A DNA stretch of 63,279 nt, filler included, from Lenisia limosa (lineage: Eukaryota > Protista > Breviatea): NCBI GenBank assembly GCA_001655205.1. It is 13 parts of 13 records of this genome, joined end to end, with 100 filler letters (N's around TTAATTAATTAA, not from the genome) between each part and the next. Parts side by side here need not be neighbours in the genome. Positions count along the whole stretch, not along the records: positions 48,915 to 50,007 come from LPNZ01002505.1; positions 50,108 to 53,992 come from LPNZ01003712.1; positions 54,093 to 55,713 come from LPNZ01001970.1; positions 55,814 to 57,294 come from LPNZ01000340.1; positions 57,395 to 62,069 come from LPNZ01011107.1; positions 62,170 to 63,279 come from LPNZ01002904.1; 7 more parts are not named here. One strand, given 5' to 3'. Position numbers and translations under genes: made by a program. The notes beneath the pieces are model-generated. The model searched no databases. It was not told where the DNA came from and saw only the letters and a program-made list of their open reading frames with translations. Positions 49,966 through 62,848 of the stretch are shown here, one piece after another. Position 1 is the first letter of the stretch. The number at the start of each line of letters is the position of its first letter.

Positions 49966-50779
49966 TTCTTTGATGACCGCCTGTGGCTCGGCAAGGCGGA
50001 AAAAGGGNNNNNNNNNNNNNNNNNNNNNNNNNNNNNNNNNNNNNNNNNNNNTTAATTAATTAANNNNNNNNNNNNNNNNNNNNNNNNNNNNNNNNNNNNN
50101 NNNNNNNATTTTTATTGTTCTATTTCTCATTGCTATATATGATATATCATTGGTGTATGGGTGAGGGTGGGGGGTCAAATCTTATAGTGCGGATTATAAC
50201 GGCACTAATCACAAATTAAATACACTGACAAGCAGAATGGAGGCTATTTGGAGGGAGGGGCATGCTTACTCATATGAACCATTATCGACTTTGGTGTCGA
50301 AATAATGCATTATAACTGTTCCCTTAAAGCTAAGCAATCTTTGTCTTTGTTAGTAGTATACACCTTTCCCCATCAACTAAAGAAAAAGAATGTTGGATTT
50401 ATCAAGCCTTTTTCCTTATTGTATCCTCATTTCCTCTTATCAAGCCTTATTCCTCATTTCCCCAAAACTAGTGTTATGCATCCTCTCTTAAAACACCAAG
50501 AGATGGGGTAGGTGTAATACAAAGATATATTGCTTAAAGTGAAGAGTTGCGGAAATGCTTAAAAAGAAGAGAAATGCTTAAAGCACAAAGAAATGCCACT
50601 GGTAAGAGAAATGTGAATGCCTAACAAAGAGTTACTCATCTCATATCGCTAATCTTCGTTTCTCTATCTACTCCTCCTTTCCCCACTCACCAGAGCAACA
50701 TAAGAAAAAATAGAGCAATGAGTATGCAGAGTTATTAGTAATATTCGTAGTGTGTAATAAAAAATCCTCAGTGGATAAC

Positions 50780-51060
50780 ATTTATCGCTTACGGGCGAAT
50801 GCAGAAGACGACACAGCCTCCCCAGCATTGATCAGGCCATTGAAACGAAGTTGGCTGCAAATGTCAGAATGAAGAAAGCGAAGGAGGGAAGTCCCGTTCC
50901 ATTTACAATACAGATGTTTAAATTGAATAGGGCAAGGTAACAAGGGAAGGCATTCGCTTTCAACTGCTTACTCAACGATCAGGTTGTAGAGGTCACGAAG
51001 ATCGTCCATTGTCCGCTCGAAGTTTGTAACTTTGAGGCTTCTTTCGAGACTTTTCTTTGA
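50780..51060 (-). CDS. Hypothetical protein fragment (2 exons)
   Basis: KSLERSLKVTNFERTMDDLRDLYNLIV|DQLRFNGLINAGRLCRLLHSP with GTAAG donors. Confidence 0.3.
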
Positions 51061-51250
51061 TAGGGAAAAAGGAACACAACAACAAAATAATGGAGAAAAG
51101 GTAGTGTTTGCGCCAACGCTCACGCTAAGTATAAAACAAAAATTTTGATTCAATTTGGTTGAGGATTTTGAATATATTAGTATATTATTGTCCTATGTGC
51201 ATGATTAGGTAATATAAAAATCCAGAAATACTCTCGGTATATTAGTCACC

Positions 51251-53084
51251 ATGGAGTCGGTCAGTAGCAGCGGATCACTCAATGAAGAGGACCAACTCAG
51301 TTCTCAGGTTAATGAAATTGCTCTGAACGGGTCAGATGACGAGGAAGCCGCTTCCCCTAAAAATAATGGTTGGTTTTGAGCTCTCTTGATTTCAAATGTG
51401 CGCTTACTCCTTTTATAGAAGAAGATAGCTTCGACGAGCTTTCAAAGGCAGACTGGGAGGTCCCTTCAGACCTCTCAGAGCTCTCTCCTGGTTGGTCCTC
51501 TATCTTCTTCTGCACAACTTATCTTTTTCCAGACGAACTTCGAAACGAAATAGTTAAAGCCCAAGCCTCAATCTCCATTCTCAGAACCGCCTATCAAAAC
51601 CTCAAGCTCTCGTCTGATCGTAAGCCTTTTGCCGATCCGGCTAAACATAGGCAAGATATAAGAGACATGACACAGACCATCACATGGGAGGGGCGTATTT
51701 GAACAGCATACCCAGGCTGTTTGAATGTTTAATTAATTAAAAAAAAAGTATTCTGATAATTGTATTTCCCCTTGAAAAAAAGGCTTTACAAGTATTTTAG
51801 TGAATGACGTTAATGTCAAATTTTGTCAATTTATTTATTCCCAAAATTAATTGCACGAAGCCTTGCAAAATACTGACCAATCCAATACATAAAGCTTATA
51901 GCTAATGCTCAGATAATTAACTTTCTCTACACTAATTCCGCAGAGCAAATCCGTGACCTTCGAACCCTGCACAAACACTCCGAGCACGAATGTAACATTT
52001 TGAAGGAACAGAACTACCATCTCCGGCATAAGGATGACAAACAAGGCAAGGAGCTTCTCGAGAAGGTTTGGCATCTGTTTATTATTAATGGTTGCTATTG
52101 GTTGTTTTTTGGTTGTTATTGACATCCTTTAGGACTACATGGGGTACTTATGTATATATCAAAAAATGACCTTTTTCAGATTCAAAAGAGCGGCTATCTG
52201 CTGAAAAGAGGCGGAAAAGGCCACACCTTCCAGAACTGGCGCAAGCGATTCTTTGTCCTTGACGGCACCTTGCTTGCTTACTATGACAGTGAAACGGTTG
52301 GTGGGGGGGGGGGGGNNNNNNNNNNNNNNNNNNNNNNNNNNNNNNNNNNNNNNNNNNNNNNNNNNNNNNNNNNNNNNNNNNNNNNNNNNNNNNNNNNNNN
52401 NNNNNNNNNNNNNNNNNNNNNNNNNNNNNNNNNNNNNNNNNNNNNNNNNNNNNNNNNNNNNNNNNNNNNNNNNNNNNNNNNNNNNNNNNNNNNNNNNNNN
52501 NNNNNNNNNNNNNNNNNNNNNNNNNNNNNNNNNNNNNNNNNNNNNNNNNNNNNNAGGCACTATTAAGCTTGAAGGCGCGTATCTAACTGTTGATAAGGTA
52601 GGCTTGCTATATACAGTGACCAGGATAAGTCTTGACCGATTTTCCTTGGGACATTACGTAGAAAATCGGCCAAGACTATATCCTGGGCGCTATACAACAG
52701 GGCATTTTTGGGACTCCTCTGTAGCAATTGTAATCTCAACTTTTTCATAAGAATCCCAAGTAAATGCGCAGTAGTGTAACTGTAGATTAGGTGTTGTTTT
52801 ATCTAACTGTGATAAAAACAGTATTGTTATAGTGATGGGATAAGGTGCTGTAGAAGAGACTGGTCTGGGCTTTGTTTGTTTCATAATTTTTCCAATTTAC
52901 CCCCCCCCCCCNNNNNNNNNNNNNNNNNNNNNNNNNNNNNNNNNNNNNNNNNNNNNNNNNNNNNNNNNNNNNNNNNNNNNNNNNNNNNNNNNNNNNNNNN
53001 NNNNNNNNNNNNNNNNNNNNNNNNNNNNNNNNNNNNNNNNNNNNNNNNNNNNNNNNNNNGAGTTCTTCCTCACCACCCCCAAGG
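51251..53084 (+). CDS. PH-domain protein with an N-terminal acidic/coiled-coil region, partial
   Basis: MESVSSSGSLNEED..., DELRNEIVKAQASISILRTAYQNLK, IQKSGYLLKRGGKGHTFQNWRKRFFVLDGTLLAYYDSET, GTIKLEGAYLTVDK, EFFLTTPK. Confidence 0.8.
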
Positions 53085-54199
53085 TAGGTCTTGTTCTAAT
53101 TACCACCCGTGATGGTGTGGATGGCTTAGGCCAGATACAACCTTATTATTTTATTGCTATATTTATACATATAATCACTACCGCCAGGTCAGGTCTGTGG
53201 GCAATTTCTTTTCGTTGCACCAGAGTTGATTTTGGGCTTTTTTTTCTTTTTTCATCAGTTTTCTATTTTTACTCAGAAAAATAATATCAGAAGATAACAA
53301 TAGGATAAGAAACAATCTCAGCGAATAACAATAATATAGAATAACAATAACATGTCATAACCCCCCCCCCCCCCCCNNNNNNNNNNNNNNNNNNNNNNNN
53401 NNNNNNNNNNNNNNNNNNNNNNNNNNNNNNNNNNNNNNNNNNNNNNNNNNNNNNNNNNNNNNNNNNNNNNNNNNNNNNNNNNNNNNNNNNNNNNNNNNNN
53501 NNNNNNNTTGCCGACTCCATTGCCTTCGAAAATGTGGGGGGAGGGGTTCTGGTCGATTATGAAAGTGTGAGATATCGTCATATGATACTTCTACATTTTT
53601 GCAGTAAGTCTTAATTGACACTAGGATCATAAAGATCCAAAAGAATGCACAGGAAACGACAGAAACATATCTTGGTATTCTATTTTCACCACAGATGCCT
53701 TATAAGGGCTTCACTTCGGTTCGAAAAATACCGGTAAATATCAGATAATTTTCGAGGATTTATTGAGAAATTCATTCTTTTTTCGAACCAAAGTGAAGCC
53801 CTAGTCCTCACCCCCAGTAATCCTCGAAATATCCCTTTGTAGCTCACTTTCTGTCATCCCCACATCCCTGCACCCCCCCACCCCGCTGCAGAAGCGACTA
53901 GTCTGGGTTTTGTTTGTTTTGTTGGTATCAACCCTTGTGTTTTGTCAGCCATCAGAGTTGATTTGGGCTTTTTTGTTTTATAAACCAATTTTNNNNNNNN
54001 NNNNNNNNNNNNNNNNNNNNNNNNNNNNNNNNNNNNTTAATTAATTAANNNNNNNNNNNNNNNNNNNNNNNNNNNNNNNNNNNNNNNNNNNNTGTTTTAT
54101 TGTTTACCAACCCAGCCAACAGAGTTGATTTTGGGCTTTTTTGTTTTATAAATTTTTAAACTGTATCTCCTCCCCCCCCACGTCCTTCTTACCCCCAAG

Positions 54200-55121
54200 G
54201 CGACAGTAGTGTGTCACGTGAGCATTGCAACCTGGTTTTCAAAGAAAACTGTTTCGTGGTGAAATCGACAAGGTGGGGAGAGGGGGGTACAGAACTCCTC
54301 TCTCAAAACTATTAGAGATTACCTGCGGCCCCAAAAACGACCGAATTTCTCAATAAATCGTCGAAAAATATGGCTTATCTAAAAAGGGGTGGCAGCGTCT
54401 GTAGCTAAAACATAAAAAGTGATAAAAGTAGTATTTTCATGAACAAAATTACAAAATAAAAGGTTAATTTTTGCAACTACAAACGTTTTTTCAAAGAGCC
54501 ACCCCATTTTTAGACAAGCCATAAATATCAATATGTTCCAGGTATTTTTCAGACCTTAGGGAATCGCGACATGAGAGAAAAGTACAATAATTCACTCCAA
54601 AAGAGGAGTCCTTTTCTGCGTTTTGGAAACAAAAAGATATGTTCCAAAAAACTAAAGATCCAAAACACTCACTCCTTTTAGCGTTACGGGAATCACGAAA
54701 ATCAAGCGCAAGGGAAGCGATGACGTCAGCATCAGATTCAAAAACAGCGAAACGGTCTACCGTGGTGATGTCCTCCGTGGGGGGGTTACGGGGATTTTAG
54801 TTTGCATAGCTTCGATTTGCTCGAACTCCCAAATAGGCACATCTCACTGGTTCTTGTGTAGGATTTCTCTTCGGTTCGAAAAAGACTGATAAAATATCCA
54901 CGTTTTATCAAGAAAGTTCGTCTTTTCTCGAACCGAAGTGAACCACACGTGTTATCTCAGGGATTTACTTCTATCTTATGTCTATTGAGTCAAAAGAAGC
55001 ATTTTATCCCCTCTGAGTTGATTTGGGCTTTTTTTTGTCCAAACATGTTCTAATTTTACTCCCCCAGAAATTGGCGTGAAATCCGAGTTCAAAATACACG
55101 CTCTGAGCATTCCAACCGGGG
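54200..55121 (+). CDS. FHA-domain protein, internal fragment (3 exons)
   Basis: DSSVSREHCNLVFKENCFVVKST (54200-54272), ...ETVYRGDVL (~54707-54778), QIGVKSEFKIHAL (55078-55121); VSR.H and GD.l.iG are FHA motifs. Confidence 0.65.
54370..54522. mobile_element. MITE-like family E, ~150 bp (inverted homologue at ~47790-47948)
   Basis: Arms ATGGCTTATCTAAAAAGGGGTGGC / GCCACCCCATTTTTAGACAAGCCAT; the internal GTCTGTAG.TAAAA.ATAAAAAG.GATAAAAG is shared with the 47.8-kb copy; TA-flanked. Confidence 0.65.
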
Positions 55122-55885
55122 GTGATGTGGACAGCCCAATGACCCCTACCCCACCCCTCGTAAGCGTAGAGGCAACGGTACTACCATTTTTGCAGAAATG
55201 AAAAATAATACAATGCGGTATCCCCCCAATGTTAATTTGTTTGTGGTTATACCTATGTAATTTTTTGTTTCACTCGATTTCTACTGTTTTGTTTCTTTTG
55301 TTCCCATCCACACTTGGTGGATATGTGTGTATATCTGTGGTGGTGATGGTTATGTTAGATTTTGTGGGTGTGTATGTACATGTATGTGTGTCACACTCAC
55401 AATCAACACACCTCTCCGTCAACATCAGCATCAACACCTTACAACCAACCTCGCCAGCCCTCCCCGAAACAGGCCTATAAAGACCCGAAAATGGCCAAGA
55501 AACCAGGCAAAAGCTCCAACCACACTGATGACTGGATGTCCGATCTTCGTAGGGGGTGGACTGGTCCATCCGACATACACATACACCGGGATAAGTCCTG
55601 ACCGATATTACTTGGGAAATCACATAGCAAATCGGTCAAAAACTTGTCCTTCTCACTGTATGTATGTAATATTGTACTATAATATTAATACATTATGAAG
55701 ATATAAATATCACNNNNNNNNNNNNNNNNNNNNNNNNNNNNNNNNNNNNNNNNNNNNTTAATTAATTAANNNNNNNNNNNNNNNNNNNNNNNNNNNNNNN
55801 NNNNNNNNNNNNNAGTAAGTGCTTTATGGGGGAGGGAGGGGTGCTTTCATGCTTTTCTTTGGTCCCAATACAGACATATTTTTGT

Positions 55886-55960
55886 AATGCTGCAGTTCCA
55901 TTTGGAGATTGCAGTTTTGAATGCTGCAGTTCCATGTAGAGATTGCAGTTTTGAATGCTG
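55886..55960. repeat. 34-bp tandem repeat x2.2
   Basis: AATGCTGCAGTTCCAT(T/G)T(G/A)GAGATTGCAGTTTTG x2 plus AATGCTG. Confidence 0.85.
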
Positions 55961-56039
55961 ACAGTTTTTCTTAAATACTTTAACTGAAGATCTGGGTGGA
56001 ACTCAACCATAATCAATCCCAATAATTTGATTGACCGCT

Positions 56040-57233
56040 GGCAGCCCCCCTCCCGAAGAAGTTGCTGAGGAAGATGACGTCGTTGACTACACCGAAACTA
56101 CTGACAACTACCAAGGTGGGTAATTGACAGGAAAGGGAACGTTTTATTTACTTGTCGGTGTGTTCTTCAAAAGTATCGATATTCCCTATTATTGGTAATT
56201 TAAGTTGGAGTGAGTTGGCCAATTTCTTGACCTTCTTAGCCATTCGTGTTCTGTGCATTTATTTTCTATTATTATTATATCATTTATACATATAATTGCA
56301 TAAAAGGAACAACGCTCACACCATAGATAATGATGCGCTGCTTCGCAATGCGCGTCAGAGAGAAAACCAGCTTCGTCTCCTGCAAGAACAACAAAGAATA
56401 AGACGGCAAGATGCAGCTGATGCAACTAATGTAGGCCTCCATCGCCCTCCGCGACCGCAATCCGGACATGTCCCTCGTGACAATCCCCTGGCACCCCGGA
56501 AGCACCTGGTTTCGGAACACACTTCCCGGCTTATTCACGCCCCCGCACCCGCCGGAATCAGTCAAGATGTGGGCTGGGGAATGTAAGAATTTAGACCCGT
56601 CTTAATTTCCTGGAAGATGATAAAATTATCCAGGTTTTTAAAATTATGCAATCTTCAACAAAACCTTCATACAGAAGGTGGACAACTTCTCCTATTAAAT
56701 TCCCCAAACAAGGAAGGTTACGTAACCGTCCACTCTGCTAATTACTTCAGGATTGGGCTGAATATTTGGCGGGAAAAGAGGAACTCCAAAGCGCAAGAAT
56801 GGTGGGTATCTTTGAGGGCAAATACAAATTAAGTATATCATATATTAATATTATATATTATATGCACATATACTATATATAGAGATATATAATATCAAAT
56901 ATGATTATATACATGTAGTATATTGTGTTTTTAATAGTATTGTACTTTGCTACATTTTTACTGCTGTTTTATCGCGCTTTTTCGATCGCTGTGAAGCCCT
57001 CAACTTACCTCTTTCAGGTATTGGACCAACCCATTGATCGGCCACCTAAAAGCCATCAAATGCAGCAAATGCAACATCCGCAACACCCAGTACAACATCC
57101 GCATCACCCCAATCAGTTCCAGCAGCAACATCAAGGCCCTTCTTACCTTGTGAACCAAAACACAGATACACGTGATCAGCAGCAGAGCCCCCAAGAATCC
57201 TATGGGCAACAGCAGGTTCCATACTCCCAGGTT
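56040..57233 (+). CDS. Hypothetical Gln-rich protein fragment
   Basis: PPPEEVAEEDDVVDYTETTDNYQ, DNDALLRNARQRENQLRLLQEQQRIRRQDAADATN, DWAEYLAGKEELQSARM, and a Q/H/P-rich exon 57018-57233. Confidence 0.45.
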
Positions 57234-57609
57234 TGATGGATGTGTTTTTATTCTGGCTGGTTTTAGTTTTTATGCCTTACTTTGAAATATTTTTNNNNNN
57301 NNNNNNNNNNNNNNNNNNNNNNNNNNNNNNNNNNNNNNTTAATTAATTAANNNNNNNNNNNNNNNNNNNNNNNNNNNNNNNNNNNNNNNNNNNNTTCACC
57401 TTGTCCTCATCGAATCACAGATCGTGAGAGCAGTTGTCCCGTCTGAAGTGTGAGGGATGGGGAACAAGAGTGAGGTGGTATTGAACTGAAGAAAAAAATC
57501 ATGAAATAATACATATAGGATATATGATATATATAGCAATATTATATGCAAGTGGTTCTCCAAGAAGACAAATGCACGTAAGGTAATGATCTAAAGACAC
57601 CCCCCCCGA

Positions 57610-60600
57610 CCTCATGAGAATGTGGATTCCGGTAAAGTACAGCGGCTGGTCCTGGGTGATCTCTGCCACTTTCCTAATGTCAAAATTGAAGCCTCCAGTA
57701 TCTAGCTCGTGGAATACCTGGGAGGGGGGTGTAACGATGGATTTTTTAGAGAAAAAAAAGGGGGGGTTTGACGAAGGAGATTTCGATGAATATTGGCGTA
57801 ATTGATGTAGTGATTTGTTTACCCCCCCCCCCCAACCTNNNNNNNNNNNNNNNNNNNNNNNNNNNNNNNNNNNNNNNNNNNNNNNNNNNNNNNNNNNNNN
57901 NNNNNNNNNNNNNNNNNNNNNNNNCTACAGAGCGAAATGTTGGTGGCTCTTTCAGCCGCCTAAACAAATAAAAAAACACATCCTAAAATTTATTCAATGT
58001 ATTGTCTTGTTATAAAAAACACATTACGTAAATATATGTATGTAAATGTATAACCCATTAGTAAACACGAAAATGTGTTATGAACTGCAGAAAGTAAAAA
58101 AAAAATCACTCCAATCCTTTCTCTCTATCCCCTCACCTCCATTTTTGATTTGCTGAGTAGGTCGGCCGTTTCAGTCATTTCCGTTAAAAGCCACTGTTGG
58201 GTCTGTTCGTCCTCCATACTATCTGCTAACTGGGGAAGGGGTGAAGCGAAGACAATGAGGGTTATGGGAGTAAAGTTGAAAATTTATGAAACAAAAAAAG
58301 CAACACCAAATCTTCTATTGGTTGACAACTCACGAGTTGATAACAAAACAAACAAAGCCCAGGCCAGTTGCTTTGAAATGAAGATTATGGTGATTATTAG
58401 GGGGCGAAGGAAACTTCGATGAAGAATATTAGCGTAAAGATACTAATCATTAAAAAGGAACAGATGTGACAATATGCCAGAATATGCCGTAACATTGACA
58501 TACCTTAGACGCTAGTGAAGGCATAAACATGTTGTGGGAGGTCACAAGACGAAGGACCCTGTCTAAAGTTGCGACTGTGTCGGGGGTTGTGGCTTGGACT
58601 CCTGGGAGGGGGGGGGGNNNNNNNNNNNNNNNNNNNNNNNNNNNNNNNNNNNNNNNNNNNNNNNNNNNNNNNNNNNNNNNNNNNNNNNNNNNNNNNNNNN
58701 NNNNNNNNNNNNNNNNNNNNNNNNNNNNNNNNNNNNNNNNNNNNNNNNNNNNNNNNNNNNNNNNNNNNNNNNNNNNNNNNNNNNNNNNNNNNAGGTGGAA
58801 GTTGGAATTCTGGAATGTGAGTAATGAACGGGCATCACTGTGATCCAGAAAATGCCTGAATATCTCGATGAATCATTGCTGTATGCTTATGGCTTCACTT
58901 CGGTAAATCCTCGAAAACTATCGATATTTTACCGGTCTTTCTCGAACCGAAATGAAGCCCTATGTATGCTGGGGAGGCACCCAGAAAGCTGTGTGCAGGC
59001 AAATGATTGTTACCAATCGTTTTCGTGCCTCAGTGAAGCCCTAGGAATGAATATTCTTTTGTTTGAAAACGGATTTTGAACCCCCCTAACAACCTCCATG
59101 ACCTCACACATCCTTCATAGCCACCTTCCCTTTTCATAAGCGTCCCCCCCCCCCNNNNNNNNNNNNNNNNNNNNNNNNNNNNNNNNNNNNNNNNNNNNNN
59201 NNNNNNNNNNNNNNNNNNNNNNNNNNNNNNNNNNNNNNNNNNNNNNNNNNNNNNNNNNNNNNNNNNNNNNNGACGGGACCTTTCACGTTCGGCTGACAAA
59301 GTGTCCAGAACAGCCTAGAGAGGGATGAGTAATAATACTCTGAAAAAAAAAGGTTCGATGTGTGCTTGGGGGTGGTGAGGGCTTGGGTATAGTGACCGTT
59401 CATGTTCGACTAATAAAGTAGAACAGCCTTGGGGGGTGGTGAGAGGATTCGTGAGAGGGATGATAAAAATGGAAAATGATAAAAATGGAAATCGGATTTC
59501 ACCCCAATGAATAACAAAAATAAAGCTCTACCCCCCCTCCACCTGCAGGGAAGTGGCTTGCGCCTTCGACTCAGCAAGGGCAGCAGACGACTGTTCGTAG
59601 AGATCCGTGTTTCCCAAGGCAGCTCCGACCTGAATCGTGAGGCCCTTGTTCTTGAAATCAATCACTTTTTTGATCATTTTCACTCGTATGAACCATTATT
59701 TTCCACACAGTGATATGATACCTCATATCTAGTCGTATGATAATTGACAAGTCTCAAAGATACTCTGCTACCCTCGGGATGAACTCTCGTGTTATCTTCG
59801 ATAATCATTTCGACTTGAAAGTCGGTCATATGACGAATAAATATACCATTAATATGAACACAATCTTAAGATTAGTACCTTTACGTCAATATTCTTCATT
59901 GAAATTTCCTTCTTTTTACCCCTCCCCCCAAGAAAACCTCAGTATTAGTACCTCCCATGATATCAACCCCCTTATCAGGGATCAGTACAACCCTTGTTCA
60001 AATAGAGGAGCTTTATATGTTTGTTATGTGTATGTAATAATATATCTATGCACTTTAGGAAATACAATATCGCACGATACGTATGCGAACATGACAACGC
60101 ATGAGCAATACTACAACATATCACAATATGACCATCCAGTGGTTCTGCGCGGTGTGCCTGCTACCGTCATCCACACTACACCCCCCCCCCCCCCCCNNNN
60201 NNNNNNNNNNNNNNNNNNNNNNNNNNNNNNNNNNNNNNNNNNNNNNNNNNNNNNNNNNNNNNNNNNNNNNNNNNNNNNNNNNNNNNNNNNNNNNNNNNNN
60301 NNNNNNNNNNNNNNNNNNNNNNNNNNNNNNNNNNNNNNNNNNNNACATTTTCAGCTTGGATTATAGTATAATTTTAAAGCTCCACTCAGCTATCACGCCA
60401 AAACAAAGACTCTCTGCTATTCATAACTTGTCTAGTTATTTTGGATAGACATAGAACGCACCCACAAACCAGGTAAATGATGCCACTGAGCTCAGACTTA
60501 GAGACAATCGGAATGACCAGCAGGTCAAAAGGCTGAGATGACCTAACGTGTCTGTCTTCGGCATACTCCATCTTGCCTAATATGGTTAGTATGGTTGCCA

Positions 60601-61970
60601 AAATAGGAAGGAAATTGCTCAAAAAGGCAAGTAGTACTCCAAGATTAATATAATTAAGAGAAACCGTATTTCTGATTTGTTGCAAACAAAAAACTGTCTA
60701 AATATACACAAAACTTGGTAAGTAAAGTAACCAGGAAAACCCTCGATAAATTGAGCGGTACCTACCTTGGGGGTTACTAACACGCAAAGTTGCACGCGTG
60801 TGGGTAACGTTCCTATGAGGTCAGTAATGTAGGAAAACAATCTTGAAGGGAGAGAGCGTATTCTGTATTGTGGAGCACAGAAATGTCACTAAAGCTAGAA
60901 AGGATTTCCCTTTCAAACCACATTGAAAGACACCTCTCCCCACCCCCCTCCCCGCAAAAAAACAAACAAAAAAAAAACACACACACTAAGCACTCCTCTC
61001 ACATGACAGCGGTTTTGGAGATGTTCTGTACAGAAGCCAAGAGGGACTGTCGCAGATGAGTCTCATCAGCAGTGCTTGTGGCTATGACCTTCATGGAACT
61101 TGGTCTGGAGGGGGGTAAAACCAAGAAAATATCGAAGAATACTGGTAGGTACTAATCATGAACCGAATGATCTGAAACTCCAAACAAAACAAACGTGGAA
61201 TATTGATGAGAAAGAAAAGCCAAAGATCTGGGGGAGAAAGAAAAGGGGCATTTTGAGGATATCGGCCTTCAAATTGCACAGAGCCCTGATATCTGTATAA
61301 AAGTTGTTTTGTAACCAAAGTGAAGCCCTTGTACTCACCTCAGGATTTTCTCTTTAGGGCAGCGGATGAGGGCTGCAAAAGTGCCGGAAGAAACACCCAA
61401 AATGAGGGGGAGAAGCTTCTACAAGGGCGTCATAAGCATCACTTCGGTTCGAAAAAGACCAGTAAAATCGAGAATTCAGTCTTTTTTTGAAACAAAGTGA
61501 AGTCATACGATATTGTGGGAAAATTTGAACCTTTTTTCCTACATGATCACATCCTCAAAACTCTTTCATCCCTTATATTCTTTCTCAGCAGCCCCAGCCC
61601 CGCTTCCTGTCCCCTCCCCAAGGCTTCGAATGTGGGTGAGATGTTGCCAGAATACCCCCACACCTGTACCTTAAGTACTCATCCCCCGTACCTTAGGCAG
61701 TTTTCGAATACCAGAAGGATCTCAGTGAGAGCCTTAACCCCCCGCCCTAGGGCTTCACTTCGCTTCGAAAAAAGACTTAATTTCTCGATAAATCCTGGAA
61801 AACTATCGATATTTTAAGTCTTTTTTGAACCGAAGTAAAGCCCTAGCCCCTTTACACCTCCCCCCCCCCCATACCTTGAGCAGTCTTCGGATATCAAGGG
61901 TCTCAGTGAGGGCAAGAGCGCATTTGACAACGCTGGCCGTATCGATACTCTGGCTACTGTCTGTGCCTGT
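57610..61970 (-). CDS. GAF-domain class I cyclic-nucleotide phosphodiesterase, internal fragment
   Basis: SVVKCALALTETLDIRRLLK (GAF start), DLLVIPIVSKSELSGIIYL (GAF core), LTIQVGAALGNTDLYE (GAF end), TTPDTVATLDRVLRLV and EDEQTQQWLLTEMT (pre-catalytic helices), HELDTGGFNFDIRKVAEITQDQPLYFTGIHILM (start of PDEase_I). The catalytic His motifs lie outside the window segment. Confidence 0.62.
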
Positions 61971-62779
61971 TGGGGTGATGGGAAATTTATAAAACAAATA
62001 AATTCCCAAAATCAACTCTGTTGGCTGACAACACACGAGGGTTGGAACAACAAAGCGAACAAAGCCCAGNNNNNNNNNNNNNNNNNNNNNNNNNNNNNNN
62101 NNNNNNNNNNNNNTTAATTAATTAANNNNNNNNNNNNNNNNNNNNNNNNNNNNNNNNNNNNNNNNNNNNACCCCCTCGCGGTCAGCCGCCTCTACCAACT
62201 TCTGTATTTGGAAAGTGAACTGGCTGATTGCAACACCAAAATCACGGAGGTTGTGTCTGAATCATGACAATTCCGCCTCTCTTCCAACATCATCAAATGG
62301 TTGACAGATTAGAATTTTGTTTGTTTTTTTCTACTTATTGTATTTTGTTTCTTTCTATATTTTTGTAATAGATCATTGCCTTTTTGCCGGAGGAAAATTC
62401 CTTTCATTTTCTCACGTCCTTCACAAACATAGTGAGATAACTTATATACAAGATATCAATACGACTGCATCATCCATCATACACCACAATCACGAGTCTC
62501 ATCGGGCTCTTGAACAAGATCAAGAGATATTAGTCAAAACGTTTTAAAAGTTGGCATCTATTCCTTGTGTCCCCATTTATTACCATCATGACGGTATTTA
62601 GTGTTTGTATTTTTGAAAAGAAGCTCATAATATCTGAGACTTACACTAGACAAGCCACAGTCATTGTAAACGCTCAAGAATACCATACATATCATTCATA
62701 CACTAAAACAAAAACAACAGAATAAACAGAAGACTTAAAGTTTCAAAAAACCCTCTCAAGGTGCAATTTAAATGTTAAA

Positions 62780-62848
62780 TCAGGGCAGACTCGTCCCAAT
62801 TCTCATCCCCGTCGGGACTCATATCCGAGGTCACCATCGCTTCAGATC
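62780..62848 (-). CDS. Terminal exon of an unknown gene
   Basis: C-run acceptor then SEAMVTSDMSPDGDENWDESALI*. Confidence 0.35.

Noticed and set aside
51729-51740. TTAATTAATTAA without flanking Ns
   Set aside because: Lies in AT-rich intron sequence with no N block; a chance occurrence, not a linker.
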